From: Candidatus Bathyarchaeota archaeon | GTDB lineage: Archaea; Thermoproteota; Bathyarchaeia; 40CM-2-53-6 | Assembly (NCBI GenBank): GCA_005888755.1 | Contig: VBBQ01000033.1 | Span: 17,705 to 79,362, forward strand | Length of the DNA stretch: 61,658 nt | Reading direction: 5' to 3' | Shown: positions 38,542 to 49,191 of the stretch, in pieces | How the letters are laid out: each line of letters begins with the position of its first letter | Numbering within the stretch: the first letter of the stretch is position 1 | Notes under the pieces: model-generated | Told to the model about the DNA's origin: nothing | What the model saw: the letters and a program-made list of their open reading frames with translations, nothing else | Databases searched by the model: none | Program-made: the position numbers and the translations under genes

Positions 38542-39036
38542 TTGGCGGAATCTGCTGAGCAGCCTGTTATCCTCGCGGTACGGATCCGCGGAACCGCGAC
38601 CGATAACCCCGACATTAGGAAAACGATGGAGATTTTGAAGATGGAGAGTACCTTCCGTGCAAGGCTCCTTGAAAATAGCCCGTCGACCCTAGGCATGTTG
38701 CGAGCTGCGAAGAACCTGGTTGCGTGGGGGCAGGTCAACCCGGATGTTATGGAGGCGCTGTTGCGGAAGAGAGGGGAACGAGACGGAAACAAGAAACTGG
38801 ACGAGGAGTTCGCTAAGGTGTTCTTTAAGAAAGAGAACATTGCCGATCTCGCAAAGTCGATTGTCGCCGGAGAAATCGGCGTCAAAGATCTATGGCTTGC
38901 AGGCGTGAAACCAAGATTCAGACTTCACCCCCCCAGAGGCGGATTCAAACGAAGCACAAGGCGAGCGGCGACCGATGGTGGAGAGCTTGGCTATAGAGGC
39001 GAGGACATCAATCGTCTCGTCAAGCGAATGATCTAA
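38542..39036 (+). CDS. rpl30: 50S ribosomal protein uL30
   Basis: AVRIRG, FRLHPPRGGF, LGYRG.DIN.L.KRMI. Confidence 0.95.
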   Translation: MAESAEQPVILAVRIRGTATDNPDIRKTMEILKMESTFRARLLENSPSTLGMLRAAKNLVAWGQVNPDVMEALLRKRGERDGNKKLDEEFAKVFFKKENIADLAKSIVAGEIGVKDLWLAGVKPRFRLHPPRGGFKRSTRRAATDGGELGYRGEDINRLVKRMI

Positions 39037-39098
39037 TCGACTTTCCCCGGTTGCGCAAACTCCAATATAGTTCCCGGAATATTCTCGGTCGGTCTGCT

Positions 39099-39635
39099 AT
39101 GGCTCACAGCAGAGACTCAACCAGAAAGAAGCGTACCCGCAGGTCGGGATGGTGGTTCGACATTTTCGAGGAGATGGACCGCATGGACCGCTTGATGGAC
39201 GAGATGATGAGGAAGGCGATAGAAATGCCAAAGGCGAGTGAAGGACCACAACCTTTCGTCTACGGGTTCTCCATGTCCGTTGGGGAAGACGGTAAACCTG
39301 TAATTCGAGAGTTCGGAAATGTGGAGCCAACCTCTCGGGGGCCATTGCTGAAAGAAGAACGGGAACCGCTCGTGGATGTTCTGCAAGAGGGTAATGAAGT
39401 TGTTGTTGTGACCGAATTGCCAGGGGTGGAGAAGGAGCACATCAAGCTCGAATCCACCGACAGGGCACTGAAGATGGCAGTAGAATCAGCGAAGCGACGT
39501 TATTTCAAAGAGCTCGAACTGCCGCACCTGGTCGATCCGCGAACCGCAAAAGCCACGTATAAGAACGGGGTTCTCGAAGTCCGATTTACCAAGAGCGACG
39601 AAAAACGACCTACAAGAGCTATTCAAGTTGAATAA
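39099..39635 (+). CDS. hsp20: Small heat-shock protein (archaeal Hsp20)
   Basis: GPQPFVYGFS, REPLVDV, ELPGV, ATYKNGVLEV, C-terminal IQV. Confidence 0.92.
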   Translation: MAHSRDSTRKKRTRRSGWWFDIFEEMDRMDRLMDEMMRKAIEMPKASEGPQPFVYGFSMSVGEDGKPVIREFGNVEPTSRGPLLKEEREPLVDVLQEGNEVVVVTELPGVEKEHIKLESTDRALKMAVESAKRRYFKELELPHLVDPRTAKATYKNGVLEVRFTKSDEKRPTRAIQVE

Positions 39636-39775
39636 GCAACCTGCAATCACAGCCCTTGACCGCCTCTCATGTTGTGCAATCCAGCTGGAACTTGAGAAAG
39701 AGAATAATCGACTCGAGATTCTTCCGTCAACCATAAAATCCTAGCCATAACTCCTCGATTCTCGGCAGATGATTC

Positions 39776-41272
39776 GTGGTAGAGCCCTGGGTTGTTATTG
39801 CGGCCATCTCGCTGGCTTTCAGCATTCCAGTTCTACTGTCATCCTACTACACAATGATCCTATTTGTCAGCTCGCTTCGATATCCAAAATTCCTAGGAAA
39901 TCTCAGCCCTTCCACTGACTTCCCTTTAGTCTCAGTTCTGATCGCTTCCTACAACGAGAAGTTCGTGATCGGGCGAACCCTTGATGCAATCAAGAGTCTG
40001 GATTACCCCGAGGGAAAGCTTCAGGTCGTTGTCGCTGACGACTCCACGGATGATACCCGAGGGGTAATAGACAAGAAAGTGGAAGAACTGAATTCTTCGG
40101 GCCTAGTCGCTCTCATATCTAGACGAAACAACAGGGAGGGGTTCAAGAGCGGTGCACTGAACCACGCTGCTCCTCTGTTGAGAGGTGACTACGTCCTGCT
40201 TCTTGATGCGGATTCGACAGTCACACCCGCATCATTATCGCGAGGACTGGCAGCTTTTCGGCTGGATCCCAGAGTAGCGTTCGTTTCCTTCCGGGTCGGC
40301 CACTACAACCGCGAACAAAACCTGATCACAAGATTGTTCGCACTATCCCAAGACCAAGGAGACACGATAACAAAGATGGGATCGTACACCCTGGACGCTC
40401 CGTACTCATTTCAAGGAGGCTTCACGCTGATGTCGTTAGCCGTTCTCAGAGAAGTCGGGTATTGGACGAACGACTCAATAGTGGACGACGCGGACCTCTC
40501 ATGCAAAATATACTCAGCAGGATGGCGAGGCGTCTACCTAAGCGATGTCAAGGTCTTCGGCGAAGATCCCTCGAGCCTTGAGGTATGGAAAAAACAAGCT
40601 GCGAGAGTGTCGCAGGGCTGGACCAAGTGCGCTCGCTCAAACTGGCGAAAAATCCTTGGATCTCACAAACTCTCTCCCTGGAAGAGGGTCGCTTTGTTAC
40701 TCTTCCTATTGGGACCTTTCTCAGCACTCAGCTGGATCGTGGTCACCTTTGTTTCCGCCATTGGACTCATCCTTGGGTTCAGTGCACCTTCAAACTCGAT
40801 ATTCACTAGCCCGGCTTACGTAACCATAGTGACATTGCCCTTGGTCTCCTACTTCCTTTCAGGGGCTTACGCGCTCTATGTGCAGAAGATAATGACCGTG
40901 AAAAACCTGCTTCTTCTCCCTCTTATTTCCTACACCGGTTTATGCATGACCACTGCGATTTGCATCGGTTTCTTGGAGGGAATCAGAGGAAGACCGGGGT
41001 TCTTTTTCCGAACACCAAAGAGCGGGATCGAGGGTAGCGAGAGAACTAGGCAGTACTTCCGTGATGTCCGGGATGACAGAATTGCCGTTGCGGAAGCAGT
41101 CTTTGCCATCCTCGCTATCAGCATTGGTCTGATTGTCTTGATTTCCGGGGTTTGGTTCCTCTCTCTAACACTAGTTGGATTCGGCATTATGACGTTGAAA
41201 TCAATGAACCTTTCCAGAAGTCTTGGGTTGAGGCTTAGAGAAAAGAGGCAGTTGGGCTTATCCCACGGATAA
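39776..41272 (+). CDS. Membrane GT2 glycosyltransferase (cellulose-synthase-like)
   Basis: DDSTD, FKSGALN, DAD, QxxRx (QAARV), multiple TMs, FFRTPK. Confidence 0.88.
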   Translation: MVEPWVVIAAISLAFSIPVLLSSYYTMILFVSSLRYPKFLGNLSPSTDFPLVSVLIASYNEKFVIGRTLDAIKSLDYPEGKLQVVVADDSTDDTRGVIDKKVEELNSSGLVALISRRNNREGFKSGALNHAAPLLRGDYVLLLDADSTVTPASLSRGLAAFRLDPRVAFVSFRVGHYNREQNLITRLFALSQDQGDTITKMGSYTLDAPYSFQGGFTLMSLAVLREVGYWTNDSIVDDADLSCKIYSAGWRGVYLSDVKVFGEDPSSLEVWKKQAARVSQGWTKCARSNWRKILGSHKLSPWKRVALLLFLLGPFSALSWIVVTFVSAIGLILGFSAPSNSIFTSPAYVTIVTLPLVSYFLSGAYALYVQKIMTVKNLLLLPLISYTGLCMTTAICIGFLEGIRGRPGFFFRTPKSGIEGSERTRQYFRDVRDDRIAVAEAVFAILAISIGLIVLISGVWFLSLTLVGFGIMTLKSMNLSRSLGLRLREKRQLGLSHG

Positions 41273-41325
41273 TTCGTTGTGCTGACGACTGGAAATTAAA
41301 TAGCCCGACGCACGTCGGGACCACT

Positions 41326-41817
41326 ATGCTTCCGGGTGTGAAGATTCAGGATTTGAAGAAGAACGTAGACGAAAGAGGGTTTTTCGCGGAAATTATGCGT
41401 CAAGATTGGAAGGATCTGCTTGGAGACGACACGGTTGTCCAAGCCAATCTCTCCTACAGCTTCCCCGGAATAATACGCGCATGGCACCGGCATAACCAGG
41501 GCCAAATTGACTATTTCGTCGTCGTTAGTGGGTCTATGAAGATCTGCGCATTTGACGACACGCAGGGCTCCCCAACACGGGGCCAATTGGACGAAATTGT
41601 TGCTAGTGCGGAGAAACTCCAAGTTGTTAGGATACCTGGCCACTATTGGCACGGGACAAAAACTATCGGAGATAAACCGTCGCTCACAGCCTATTTCGTA
41701 AATCGGCTATATGATTTGAAGGACCCTGATGAAGACCGCAGGCCCTGGAATGATCCCTCTGTAAGCGACGGGAGAACCTCAAAGCCGTACGATTGGAACA
41801 AACCGCCCCACAAATAG
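41326..41817 (+). CDS. rmlC: dTDP-4-dehydrorhamnose 3,5-epimerase family protein
   Basis: DERGFF, QANLSYS.PG.IRAWH, IPGHYWHG. Confidence 0.85.
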   Translation: MLPGVKIQDLKKNVDERGFFAEIMRQDWKDLLGDDTVVQANLSYSFPGIIRAWHRHNQGQIDYFVVVSGSMKICAFDDTQGSPTRGQLDEIVASAEKLQVVRIPGHYWHGTKTIGDKPSLTAYFVNRLYDLKDPDEDRRPWNDPSVSDGRTSKPYDWNKPPHK

Positions 41818-41824
41818 TTTGAGG

Positions 41825-42748
41825 TCAAGCAACGTCCTCACCAACTTCTTGGGTCTTCATGATTCGGATCCCCTCCTCCGCCGTCATGAATCGCATTCCA
41901 AGCGTCTTCTCGGCTCTGTCCACACTTAGGCAGCTGTTCTTCGGTCTCTCAGCTACCTGCTTGAAATCGCTTGACGAGACCGGCTCCACGAGGCCAGGGG
42001 AGTAACCAAAGACATCGGCGATCTTCAAGGCGAACTCGTACCTGCTGACGCATGAACGGCCTGCAGTGTGAAAGACTCCATTCTCTGGACATTCTACTAG
42101 ACGTACGAGTGCGTCGGCCAAATTGTCAGCAAGGGTTGGCGAGCTATACTGGTCACGAACCGCTGTTATCGTTTCGCCCTTTCTGAGTTTGACCAGAACA
42201 AACATGGCGAAGTTTATCGTCTTGCCTGAACTTGAGGGAATCCCAGTCGATTCGAGTTTGTTCCATCCATAGATGACGCTGGGCCGGGCCACGGCGTAGC
42301 TTGGTGTCTGGGCTACAATTTTCTCAGCTTCCAATTTGGTCCATGCATAATAGTGGAGCGGATTTGGAGCATCGAACTCATTGTAATGACCTTTTTTTCC
42401 GTCAAACACATAATCTGTGGATAAATGAACTAGGCGACAACTTGTTTCTGATGCGGCATCGGCTAGGTTTGCTGCTCCTTCAACATTTACCCTGTTTGCC
42501 TCTTGATGGTGTGATTCGCAGTAGTCAACGTTATGGAGGGCTGCTGTGTTGATTATTGCTGTCGGCTTGAGGGCTGCGACAAACTTGTGGGTCGCATCTG
42601 CGTCCGCTATGTCCAATTTTTGAGACTGAGGAAGTAGAGATGTCCTGGCGTTATGCGTGCCGACGGTTTTGTAGCCCTTCTCTTGAGCGGTGACACAAAC
42701 CTTTGAGCCGACTAGCCCTGTTGCTCCAATTACAAGTAGCGTACGCAT
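41825..42748 (-). CDS. rmlD: dTDP-4-dehydrorhamnose reductase
   Basis: GATGLVG, STDYVFDG, YAWTK, DQYSSPT, ERPKNS. Confidence 0.9.
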   Translation of the reverse strand: MRTLLVIGATGLVGSKVCVTAQEKGYKTVGTHNARTSLLPQSQKLDIADADATHKFVAALKPTAIINTAALHNVDYCESHHQEANRVNVEGAANLADAASETSCRLVHLSTDYVFDGKKGHYNEFDAPNPLHYYAWTKLEAEKIVAQTPSYAVARPSVIYGWNKLESTGIPSSSGKTINFAMFVLVKLRKGETITAVRDQYSSPTLADNLADALVRLVECPENGVFHTAGRSCVSRYEFALKIADVFGYSPGLVEPVSSSDFKQVAERPKNSCLSVDRAEKTLGMRFMTAEEGIRIMKTQEVGEDVA

Positions 42749-42824
42749 CTCATTCCCTCGAGCCTGTACCGTAGCCTTTTCAACCTTGGGAGGCTTCCGA
42801 ACCGGGGAAGGAACGGAGCAAGGA

Positions 42825-43826
42825 ATGGTCGTCTTAGTCACGGGCGGATGTGGGTACATAGGCTCGAAACTGATACGCGACATGGCAGTTCATCCGAAGT
42901 TCTCTGGTACCACGATCCGCGTGATTGACAATATGATGAGGGAGAGATACGTCACGCTAATGGATCTCCCAACCAAGAGCGATTTCGAGTTCCTCGAAGG
43001 AGACATTCGAAAGGATGAGGACATGAGAAACGCGTTCCGTGATGTCGATATGGTTGTGGACTTGGCTGGGATTACGAACGCGCCCATTTCCTTTGAGCGC
43101 AAAGAACTTACCTTCGATGTTAATGTCAATGGCGGCCGAAAGGTCATAGAATATGCCGTAAAGTCCGACGTCGAGAAGTTCGTCTACTCCTCTACCGCTA
43201 GCGTCTATGGTCCTACGAAAGGGATCGTTGACGAGACTTATCATTGTAAGCCGGTAAGCCCTTACGGAGAGTCGAAACTCCAGGCGGAAGTGTTCTGTCT
43301 AGAAATCTCCAAACAGAGCGGGCTCGACGTCACTGTCCTCAGACTAGGAACGGTGCATGGATATTCGATAGGAATGCGATTCGACACTGTGGTCGATAGG
43401 TTCGCGTACCTCGCGTGCGCGGGGATGCCCCTTACCGTCTGGGAATCGGCTAGGATGGAGAAGAGGCCTTACCTCCATGTTGCGGATGCCACCGACGCCC
43501 TGATCTTTGCCCTTGGTCGATCCGACATAAAGGCACAGACCTACAACGTCATCGGGGAGAACGCTTCCATGAACAGAATAATCGATGTCATTAAGAAAGA
43601 AGTCCCCAACGTTCAAGTCACGGTTACTCCATCCCCGAGCCTCAACCAATTATCCTATGAGTTAGACGGCTCGAAGATCGAAAGACTGGGATTTCGCCCC
43701 CGCAAGAGTCTAGAGGACGGAGTAAGGGAAATTGTAGAGAAGTTCCATGCACTGTTGGGAAGCCGCGCGAGGCATGCTAGGCGCATACTTCCACGGACCG
43801 TTCTCGCTGAATTATCAGAATCTTAG
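42825..43826 (+). CDS. NAD-dependent sugar epimerase/dehydratase (candidate RmlB substitute)
   Basis: VTGGCGYIGS, SSTASVYG, YGESK; lies between rmlD and rmlA. Confidence 0.85.
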   Translation: MVVLVTGGCGYIGSKLIRDMAVHPKFSGTTIRVIDNMMRERYVTLMDLPTKSDFEFLEGDIRKDEDMRNAFRDVDMVVDLAGITNAPISFERKELTFDVNVNGGRKVIEYAVKSDVEKFVYSSTASVYGPTKGIVDETYHCKPVSPYGESKLQAEVFCLEISKQSGLDVTVLRLGTVHGYSIGMRFDTVVDRFAYLACAGMPLTVWESARMEKRPYLHVADATDALIFALGRSDIKAQTYNVIGENASMNRIIDVIKKEVPNVQVTVTPSPSLNQLSYELDGSKIERLGFRPRKSLEDGVREIVEKFHALLGSRARHARRILPRTVLAELSES

Positions 43827-44899
43827 AGGCTGACGTACGTGCTTTCTCCTACGACGAACCTTCTACCACTGGGACGTTGCGTGCCGTTCGACCTGATCTG
43901 TGAATTCCGCCCGATAATGCTGTCGACTACTCTGTCGTGACAATCAATGATTGAACCATCTAGGACAATGCTATTTTCGATCTCGGTTCCAAGTATCTTC
44001 ACATAACTCCCTATTGACGTGTAGGGGCCTACGTAAGCACCTGGTCCAATTTCCGAGTTGTCACCAATCACTGCGGGACCTCTGATGGTGGCGCCCTTAT
44101 GCACATGAGTTCCCTCGCCAATCTCAACACTGCCGGAGACCGAGACTCCCTCGTCAAGTTTCCCCCGCATAGAGGATTTCAGATCCCGTAGCACTAGCTG
44201 ATTCGCTTCCAGAATATCTTCAGGTCGGCCTGTGTCCTTCCACCAACCTGAGACTTCGTGGAACGTTATTAGCCCCCCCCGCTGAAGGAGACCCTGGATG
44301 GCTTCGGTAATCTCGAGTTCGTTTCTCCCGCTGGGCCTAAGCGTCTCTATCACTGGAAAAACAGATGGTTGAAAGAAATAGACGCCTGCTAAGGCGTAGT
44401 CGCTGACGAATTGTTTTGGCTTCTCCACGAGCTTAGTGATCTTGCCATCTTCTATCTTTACGACGCCGAAACGGCCGGGGTCCTTCACACGGGCCAGAAC
44501 GACCATCGCATCCGGCTTAGAGGCGATGAATTCTTCAGCCAACTTAGGAATACTCTCCTTCAGCAGGTTGTCGCCTAGGTAAACAATGAAAGGTTCGTTT
44601 TCCAGAAAATCCTTCGAGATCAGAACTGCATGAGCTATGCCCTTTGGATCAGGTTGGTCTATGTATGTGATCTTGACATGGAATTTCGAGCCATCTCCTA
44701 ATGCATCTTTGATGCCCTCATGCAGTGGTCCGAGGACGATTCCGATATCCGTGATTCCGGTGGCCCTCAGATGGTCGAACCCGTACATCAACATGGGCTT
44801 GTTCGCAATCGGCAGCATGTGCTTGTTCCCCGTGTAGGTAAGGGGCCGAAGCCTCGTTCCATGTCCGCCCGCGAGGAGCAGGCCCTTAAGACGAGACAA
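43823..44899 (-). CDS. rmlA: Glucose-1-phosphate thymidylyltransferase (long form)
   Basis: LAGGHGTRLRPLT, LGDN, EKP, ELEIT, WKDTG, C-terminal left-handed beta helix. Confidence 0.9.
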   Translation of the reverse strand: MSRLKGLLLAGGHGTRLRPLTYTGNKHMLPIANKPMLMYGFDHLRATGITDIGIVLGPLHEGIKDALGDGSKFHVKITYIDQPDPKGIAHAVLISKDFLENEPFIVYLGDNLLKESIPKLAEEFIASKPDAMVVLARVKDPGRFGVVKIEDGKITKLVEKPKQFVSDYALAGVYFFQPSVFPVIETLRPSGRNELEITEAIQGLLQRGGLITFHEVSGWWKDTGRPEDILEANQLVLRDLKSSMRGKLDEGVSVSGSVEIGEGTHVHKGATIRGPAVIGDNSEIGPGAYVGPYTSIGSYVKILGTEIENSIVLDGSIIDCHDRVVDSIIGRNSQIRSNGTQRPSGRRFVVGESTYVSL

Positions 44900-44967
44900 G
44901 TCTCGGATCTACCGGCCTAGCAGAAAATCGCACTTTTCGAATAAATGTGTTAGGCTTAGTCCTAACT

Positions 44968-47079
44968 TTATCCGGTAGCCCGATTGCCACCCGGGGTAGA
45001 TGGTGGACCGAAAAGTCTGAATGGAATGCGTTGATTCCACGCGAGGAAGGCGTATACGGCACCAAGGGACAAGAGGGGTAATACGAGGCCCAGAATAAGA
45101 TAGTTGGCTGAGGGTTGTCCGGAAGGAAAATCATTGATGAGAACGGTTACTGCTGAGAACTGAGCTCGTCCACCGAAACGTCCTCCTGAGTTGAAGTCTC
45201 CGAAGATTAGTTTCGAAATTTTTCCCCCTAATATCGCTCGAGATGTATTGTCAATTTGCAATGTTCTTCGGCCTTGAGAATATTGCTCGGTGAAATTGTG
45301 CCAGTTGTTGTCAGCTTGAGAGAACTGGATGCTACTGTTATTGATTTGATCGGAGTAGCTGAAATAGGTCGTTGTCTGATTGCGGAGTACCAGGAGAATT
45401 CCATCAGTCATGTTCGCGAGGACCATACTGTTTCTTCCAGATAGGAAGCTCTCGAAACGAAAAAGGAAATTTATCGTCCAAGATTCTGATTGGTGAAAAC
45501 CATCAATCAGGCCAGCCCATCCTCTGAAAATGTACCCCGTCGAGTTTGCTGCGTCAGAGATATCGATATTGCCCTGAGCAGCGTTGATAGAATAATTACC
45601 GCCTCCCTGAAACACCCACTGGTAATCGATGCGAGTTGAGTGAAAATTATCTTTGAATTGAAAACTCGACTCTTCAACCACTGGGTAGCGATGGTCCTCG
45701 AAGCTGCTGGACGTTAGTACGGCACTCCACGATATGATGACTAGTGCGCACAGGAGGATCGTGAGGACTAGTTTTCCCTTGGGGAGTTTGTTGGACGTTA
45801 CTGTGTTCGTCGATTCAACGGGGGAAGTTTGGGGTGGTGGGATGGTTGTTTTCACGCGGGCTACCCTGAGAAAATAGTAGGCATTCAGAATGACACTTGC
45901 GACCAGCCCGCTCGTGACCAGGATGAGAGGGTCAATTGTTGAGAATGGAAATTCTCGGAATACGACAATCTGCTGGTGGAGAAGATGGTATGACCAATAG
46001 TAAATCCCAGTTGCCCCACTCACTCCGTTGTATGATCCTTGGAACACCAGTGCAACGGCAAACGTTATTCCAGCGGACAATGATATGCCGTACAACTTGC
46101 GGTTCTCGGCAATGAAAATGGTGAAGAATGGAACTCCCCATAGCATATAATTGAGGGACTGAGCAAAGATAGCGATGTTGACCCACAGAAATATCAGAAC
46201 GAGTCTTGTGGTTAACTTGAGACTCTTTAGGTAAGTCCAAAGGAGAACCAGCGCAACAAGGGATATGCCGACGGGTCCAACTATCCCTGATAAGCCTGCA
46301 AGTGGAAACAGGGGATGTTGTCCTTGCACATTTCTGATTGTCAACAGGCTCGTGTAAGATGCGAAATCCCATATGAGAAATGGAGTGCTGAGTGTCGCCA
46401 TAGGTAGAAACGCGAGAAAAGCGTAAGTCAGTCTTACTGCAGACCCTCGGATCTCTCTAAGCAATACCGGTAGAAGTAGTAAAGGATAGATCTTGGTTGC
46501 AATGCCAAGTCCTAGGAAAAACGCCGATTTGTACAGACTGGTCTTGCGGAACATCCTTCCACTTCCCTTGAAGGTTGAAAAATAATAGAATGAAATTACC
46601 GTAAATGCGATTGGAATTGGATCATTGAATCCGCCACCTGCGGATTCGAAAATGACGAAAGGGTTGAACGCGTAGAGAGCGGTGAACTTGAGGGCAGTAT
46701 TTCTCGGAAATTTGAGAATAAGGATCTTGAAGATGTAGAAGGCGGTAATGACATCGCTGACTGCCAGCGGGATCTTGAGTGCTGCCAAGTAAACAAGAGT
46801 AGACCCCGTCAACGTCTTAGCAAGGAGGGCGGGGGCAGTGAGAGCGAGATACAAAGGAGGGTATCTCCATGGATTGATGTTGAGCAGGGTCGGATCGTTG
46901 GTCACGATGTGGTAGGGGTTATTCCCAGCTGTGAGAAAACTCGTGACGACCCCGAAAGCCCAGTAGTTGAAGTCGTCGTAGAGTAATGGTATAATGATGA
47001 GTCTTAGGAGAAACGCCGATGATAGAATCAGGATCAGGGAATCAGGTTCGGTAATTTTTTTCCAAATATTCAGCGTCAA
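44968..47079 (-). CDS. GT-C fold (GT87-like) membrane glycosyltransferase with an extracellular beta-rich domain
   Basis: YDDF, NPY, YPPLY, NPF, ND, KIYP motifs; many TMs. Confidence 0.75.
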   Translation of the reverse strand: MTLNIWKKITEPDSLILILSSAFLLRLIIIPLLYDDFNYWAFGVVTSFLTAGNNPYHIVTNDPTLLNINPWRYPPLYLALTAPALLAKTLTGSTLVYLAALKIPLAVSDVITAFYIFKILILKFPRNTALKFTALYAFNPFVIFESAGGGFNDPIPIAFTVISFYYFSTFKGSGRMFRKTSLYKSAFFLGLGIATKIYPLLLLPVLLREIRGSAVRLTYAFLAFLPMATLSTPFLIWDFASYTSLLTIRNVQGQHPLFPLAGLSGIVGPVGISLVALVLLWTYLKSLKLTTRLVLIFLWVNIAIFAQSLNYMLWGVPFFTIFIAENRKLYGISLSAGITFAVALVFQGSYNGVSGATGIYYWSYHLLHQQIVVFREFPFSTIDPLILVTSGLVASVILNAYYFLRVARVKTTIPPPQTSPVESTNTVTSNKLPKGKLVLTILLCALVIISWSAVLTSSSFEDHRYPVVEESSFQFKDNFHSTRIDYQWVFQGGGNYSINAAQGNIDISDAANSTGYIFRGWAGLIDGFHQSESWTINFLFRFESFLSGRNSMVLANMTDGILLVLRNQTTTYFSYSDQINNSSIQFSQADNNWHNFTEQYSQGRRTLQIDNTSRAILGGKISKLIFGDFNSGGRFGGRAQFSAVTVLINDFPSGQPSANYLILGLVLPLLSLGAVYAFLAWNQRIPFRLFGPPSTPGGNRATG

Positions 47080-48244
47080 GCAGGGGATACCGCTTTATCT
47101 CTGTGATTCTGAACTTGGATAGCCCTGCGAATCGTATGGCAAAGTTCGAGACGGCCAGTGCAAGCTTTCTTCCGAATGTGAGTTTTTCGCTTCCCAGAAT
47201 CATTGTTGGAGAGAAGTTGAGAGCCTTAGCGCTGGAACCGTTCTTCTGATGGAATCTCTCGTGTTTGCTCCATGCTTTTCCCATCCCCGCCAGAACCGAG
47301 AAGATGACCCGAAACGGAGACAGCAGGAATTTCGAGTTTCTTGTCATTCTGAAATAGACAAAACCAGCATACAGATTTGAGAGAAGCCACAATGGGAGTA
47401 GGAACAATACCTGTGAGGTGTCGAATATCGTAATGCCCGTCCAAACGGCGTTGCGCCTCTGGAAAAAGAACTTGGCAGGAGAAATTAGGCCCCAAGAGCC
47501 TCCACGCTTGTGCTGCAGGGTTGTGCTGGGCAGGACTGCAACCCGTTGCCCCATCAATGTGACTTGAAAGCCAAGAAGAACATCTTCATAGTATGCGAAA
47601 TAGTCAGAATCAAAGATCTCATTGTCAAGTTTCTCAGCAAGGCCTCTCCTAAAGAGAAAGGCCGCGCCCGGCGGGCTCATCGGAAAGATTGGTTGGTCGC
47701 TGGTAGCGGAGAATTCCTCTCTTGAATGTGCATCCCACGCCACCATGAGCACGTTGGCATCGCCGCCCATTGAATCTATTCTCTTCTCATCATGAAGCAA
47801 AGCCGGAGAGACGATCCCTACTGATGGCTCTCGTTGCATGAATCTCACCAGCGTAGTGAGCCAGTAGGGGTCGATCGCGGTTATGTCGTTGTTCAGTACC
47901 CCGACCATGCTTCCCTTTGTGAGCCTCAGAGCATGATTCACGGCTCCCGTGTAGCCTACGTTTGAAGGCATTCTCACGACTCTTATTCCATACTCTCCAA
48001 ACACTCGCTCTACGTACTCCACAGTGCCATCGTTGCTACAGTTGTCAACGAATAATATCTCGAAATTTGGATAAGAGGTCTTCACCAGTGATTCAAGACA
48101 GTCATCAAGCAGATGTCCAAGCTTGGACTTGCCGTTGTGATTGATCACAAGTAATGAAACAGAGGGAAAGTCTGGTCCAGTGCTCCCGTCCTCCTGCATT
48201 TGCAGAGGAATGTCAGTCAGAGCAGGATTCACGATGGATTGCAA
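47042..48244 (-). CDS. GT2 glycosyltransferase
   Basis: VDNCSNDGT, N.GY.GA.N, LNND, FAYYEDV. Confidence 0.88.
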   Translation of the reverse strand: MQSIVNPALTDIPLQMQEDGSTGPDFPSVSLLVINHNGKSKLGHLLDDCLESLVKTSYPNFEILFVDNCSNDGTVEYVERVFGEYGIRVVRMPSNVGYTGAVNHALRLTKGSMVGVLNNDITAIDPYWLTTLVRFMQREPSVGIVSPALLHDEKRIDSMGGDANVLMVAWDAHSREEFSATSDQPIFPMSPPGAAFLFRRGLAEKLDNEIFDSDYFAYYEDVLLGFQVTLMGQRVAVLPSTTLQHKRGGSWGLISPAKFFFQRRNAVWTGITIFDTSQVLFLLPLWLLSNLYAGFVYFRMTRNSKFLLSPFRVIFSVLAGMGKAWSKHERFHQKNGSSAKALNFSPTMILGSEKLTFGRKLALAVSNFAIRFAGLSKFRITEIKRYPLLDAEYLEKNYRT

Positions 48245-48732
48245 GACCTACTAGTTCCTCCAACTTCGTTGACCGATCTCGCGTAATCTCATTGCTCCTA
48301 CCTGCATAACTTGCAATCGTGAGTGCACTGTGCTGCACAGTATTTTAGAGATAGCTCGACATTCGAAAGACAAGAGCTAGTGAGTACCGAACCCTAGACA
48401 TTTTCAGTACCCGATATATCGGCATGCGACTAGTCCATCAACGAACGAGGCAGCTCAGCCAAGCTTGTTTGATTTTTCTGAGTCAATGAACTAACAACAC
48501 TCGATTGCGTCACCTCTTGGTTTCGGATCGACTGGTCAACGGGTCAAGTGCCAACCCATTGGTCAGAAGTCGGGCAATTGCGATCGCCATCTCTCAGCCA
48601 TTTTCTTTGGTGGTTGGAATCAGGCAAGCCTCGGCCGCGAGGCAAGAGATGTGTCCAGCGTGGAGGAATCTAGGTTGCTTGGCACGCTCCTCTTCGCAGA
48701 CGCTTCCAGTTGCTTAACCTTCGATGACTCTC

Positions 48733-49116
48733 TCAAAGGCCAGTCGCGATGAACTTGAAGCCTTGGTACTCCATGGGATTATGGACTCTACGGGCGTCTA
48801 GGACGTTAGGGCTTAGGTTAGATCTATTGGTCCGTCCGGAGAGCTTGGAGTTCCGACGGTTATGAAAATGAAACGAGCCAGGCTTGACTGCGTCCTGTCG
48901 GTTGTAGCTCTGAACCGTCCTGTCCTCAGAGCTTTCTTCAGCAGCGTGCCGAGGCCAGGCTCATAGAAAGGGGCTTTGCCAGATGTTATCGTATCAACCC
49001 GTTGGGCGTCAATGTCGATACCTATTACTTCGAAACTCCTGAAGCGAAGGCGGCCGGGGGTGCAGTCCCACATACCCCATGGCCCAGAAAGGCTTAATCT
49101 CTGAGAGGTTTGTCAT
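48733..49116 (-). pseudogene. ugd: UDP-glucose 6-dehydrogenase remnant with large internal deletion
   Basis: MGYVGL / GIDID / PFYEPGL / ITVGTP..DG.IDL fragment joined out of frame to a C-terminal SPNVLDARRV...ATGL* that matches the end of the intact copy at 59033-60388. Confidence 0.85.
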
Positions 49117-49191
49117 TTTCTACACTCGAATTCCGCGGTATTGATTATAAGTCATTTCTTCGGTGCCGTCATCTGGGCCCTAAATAGCACT

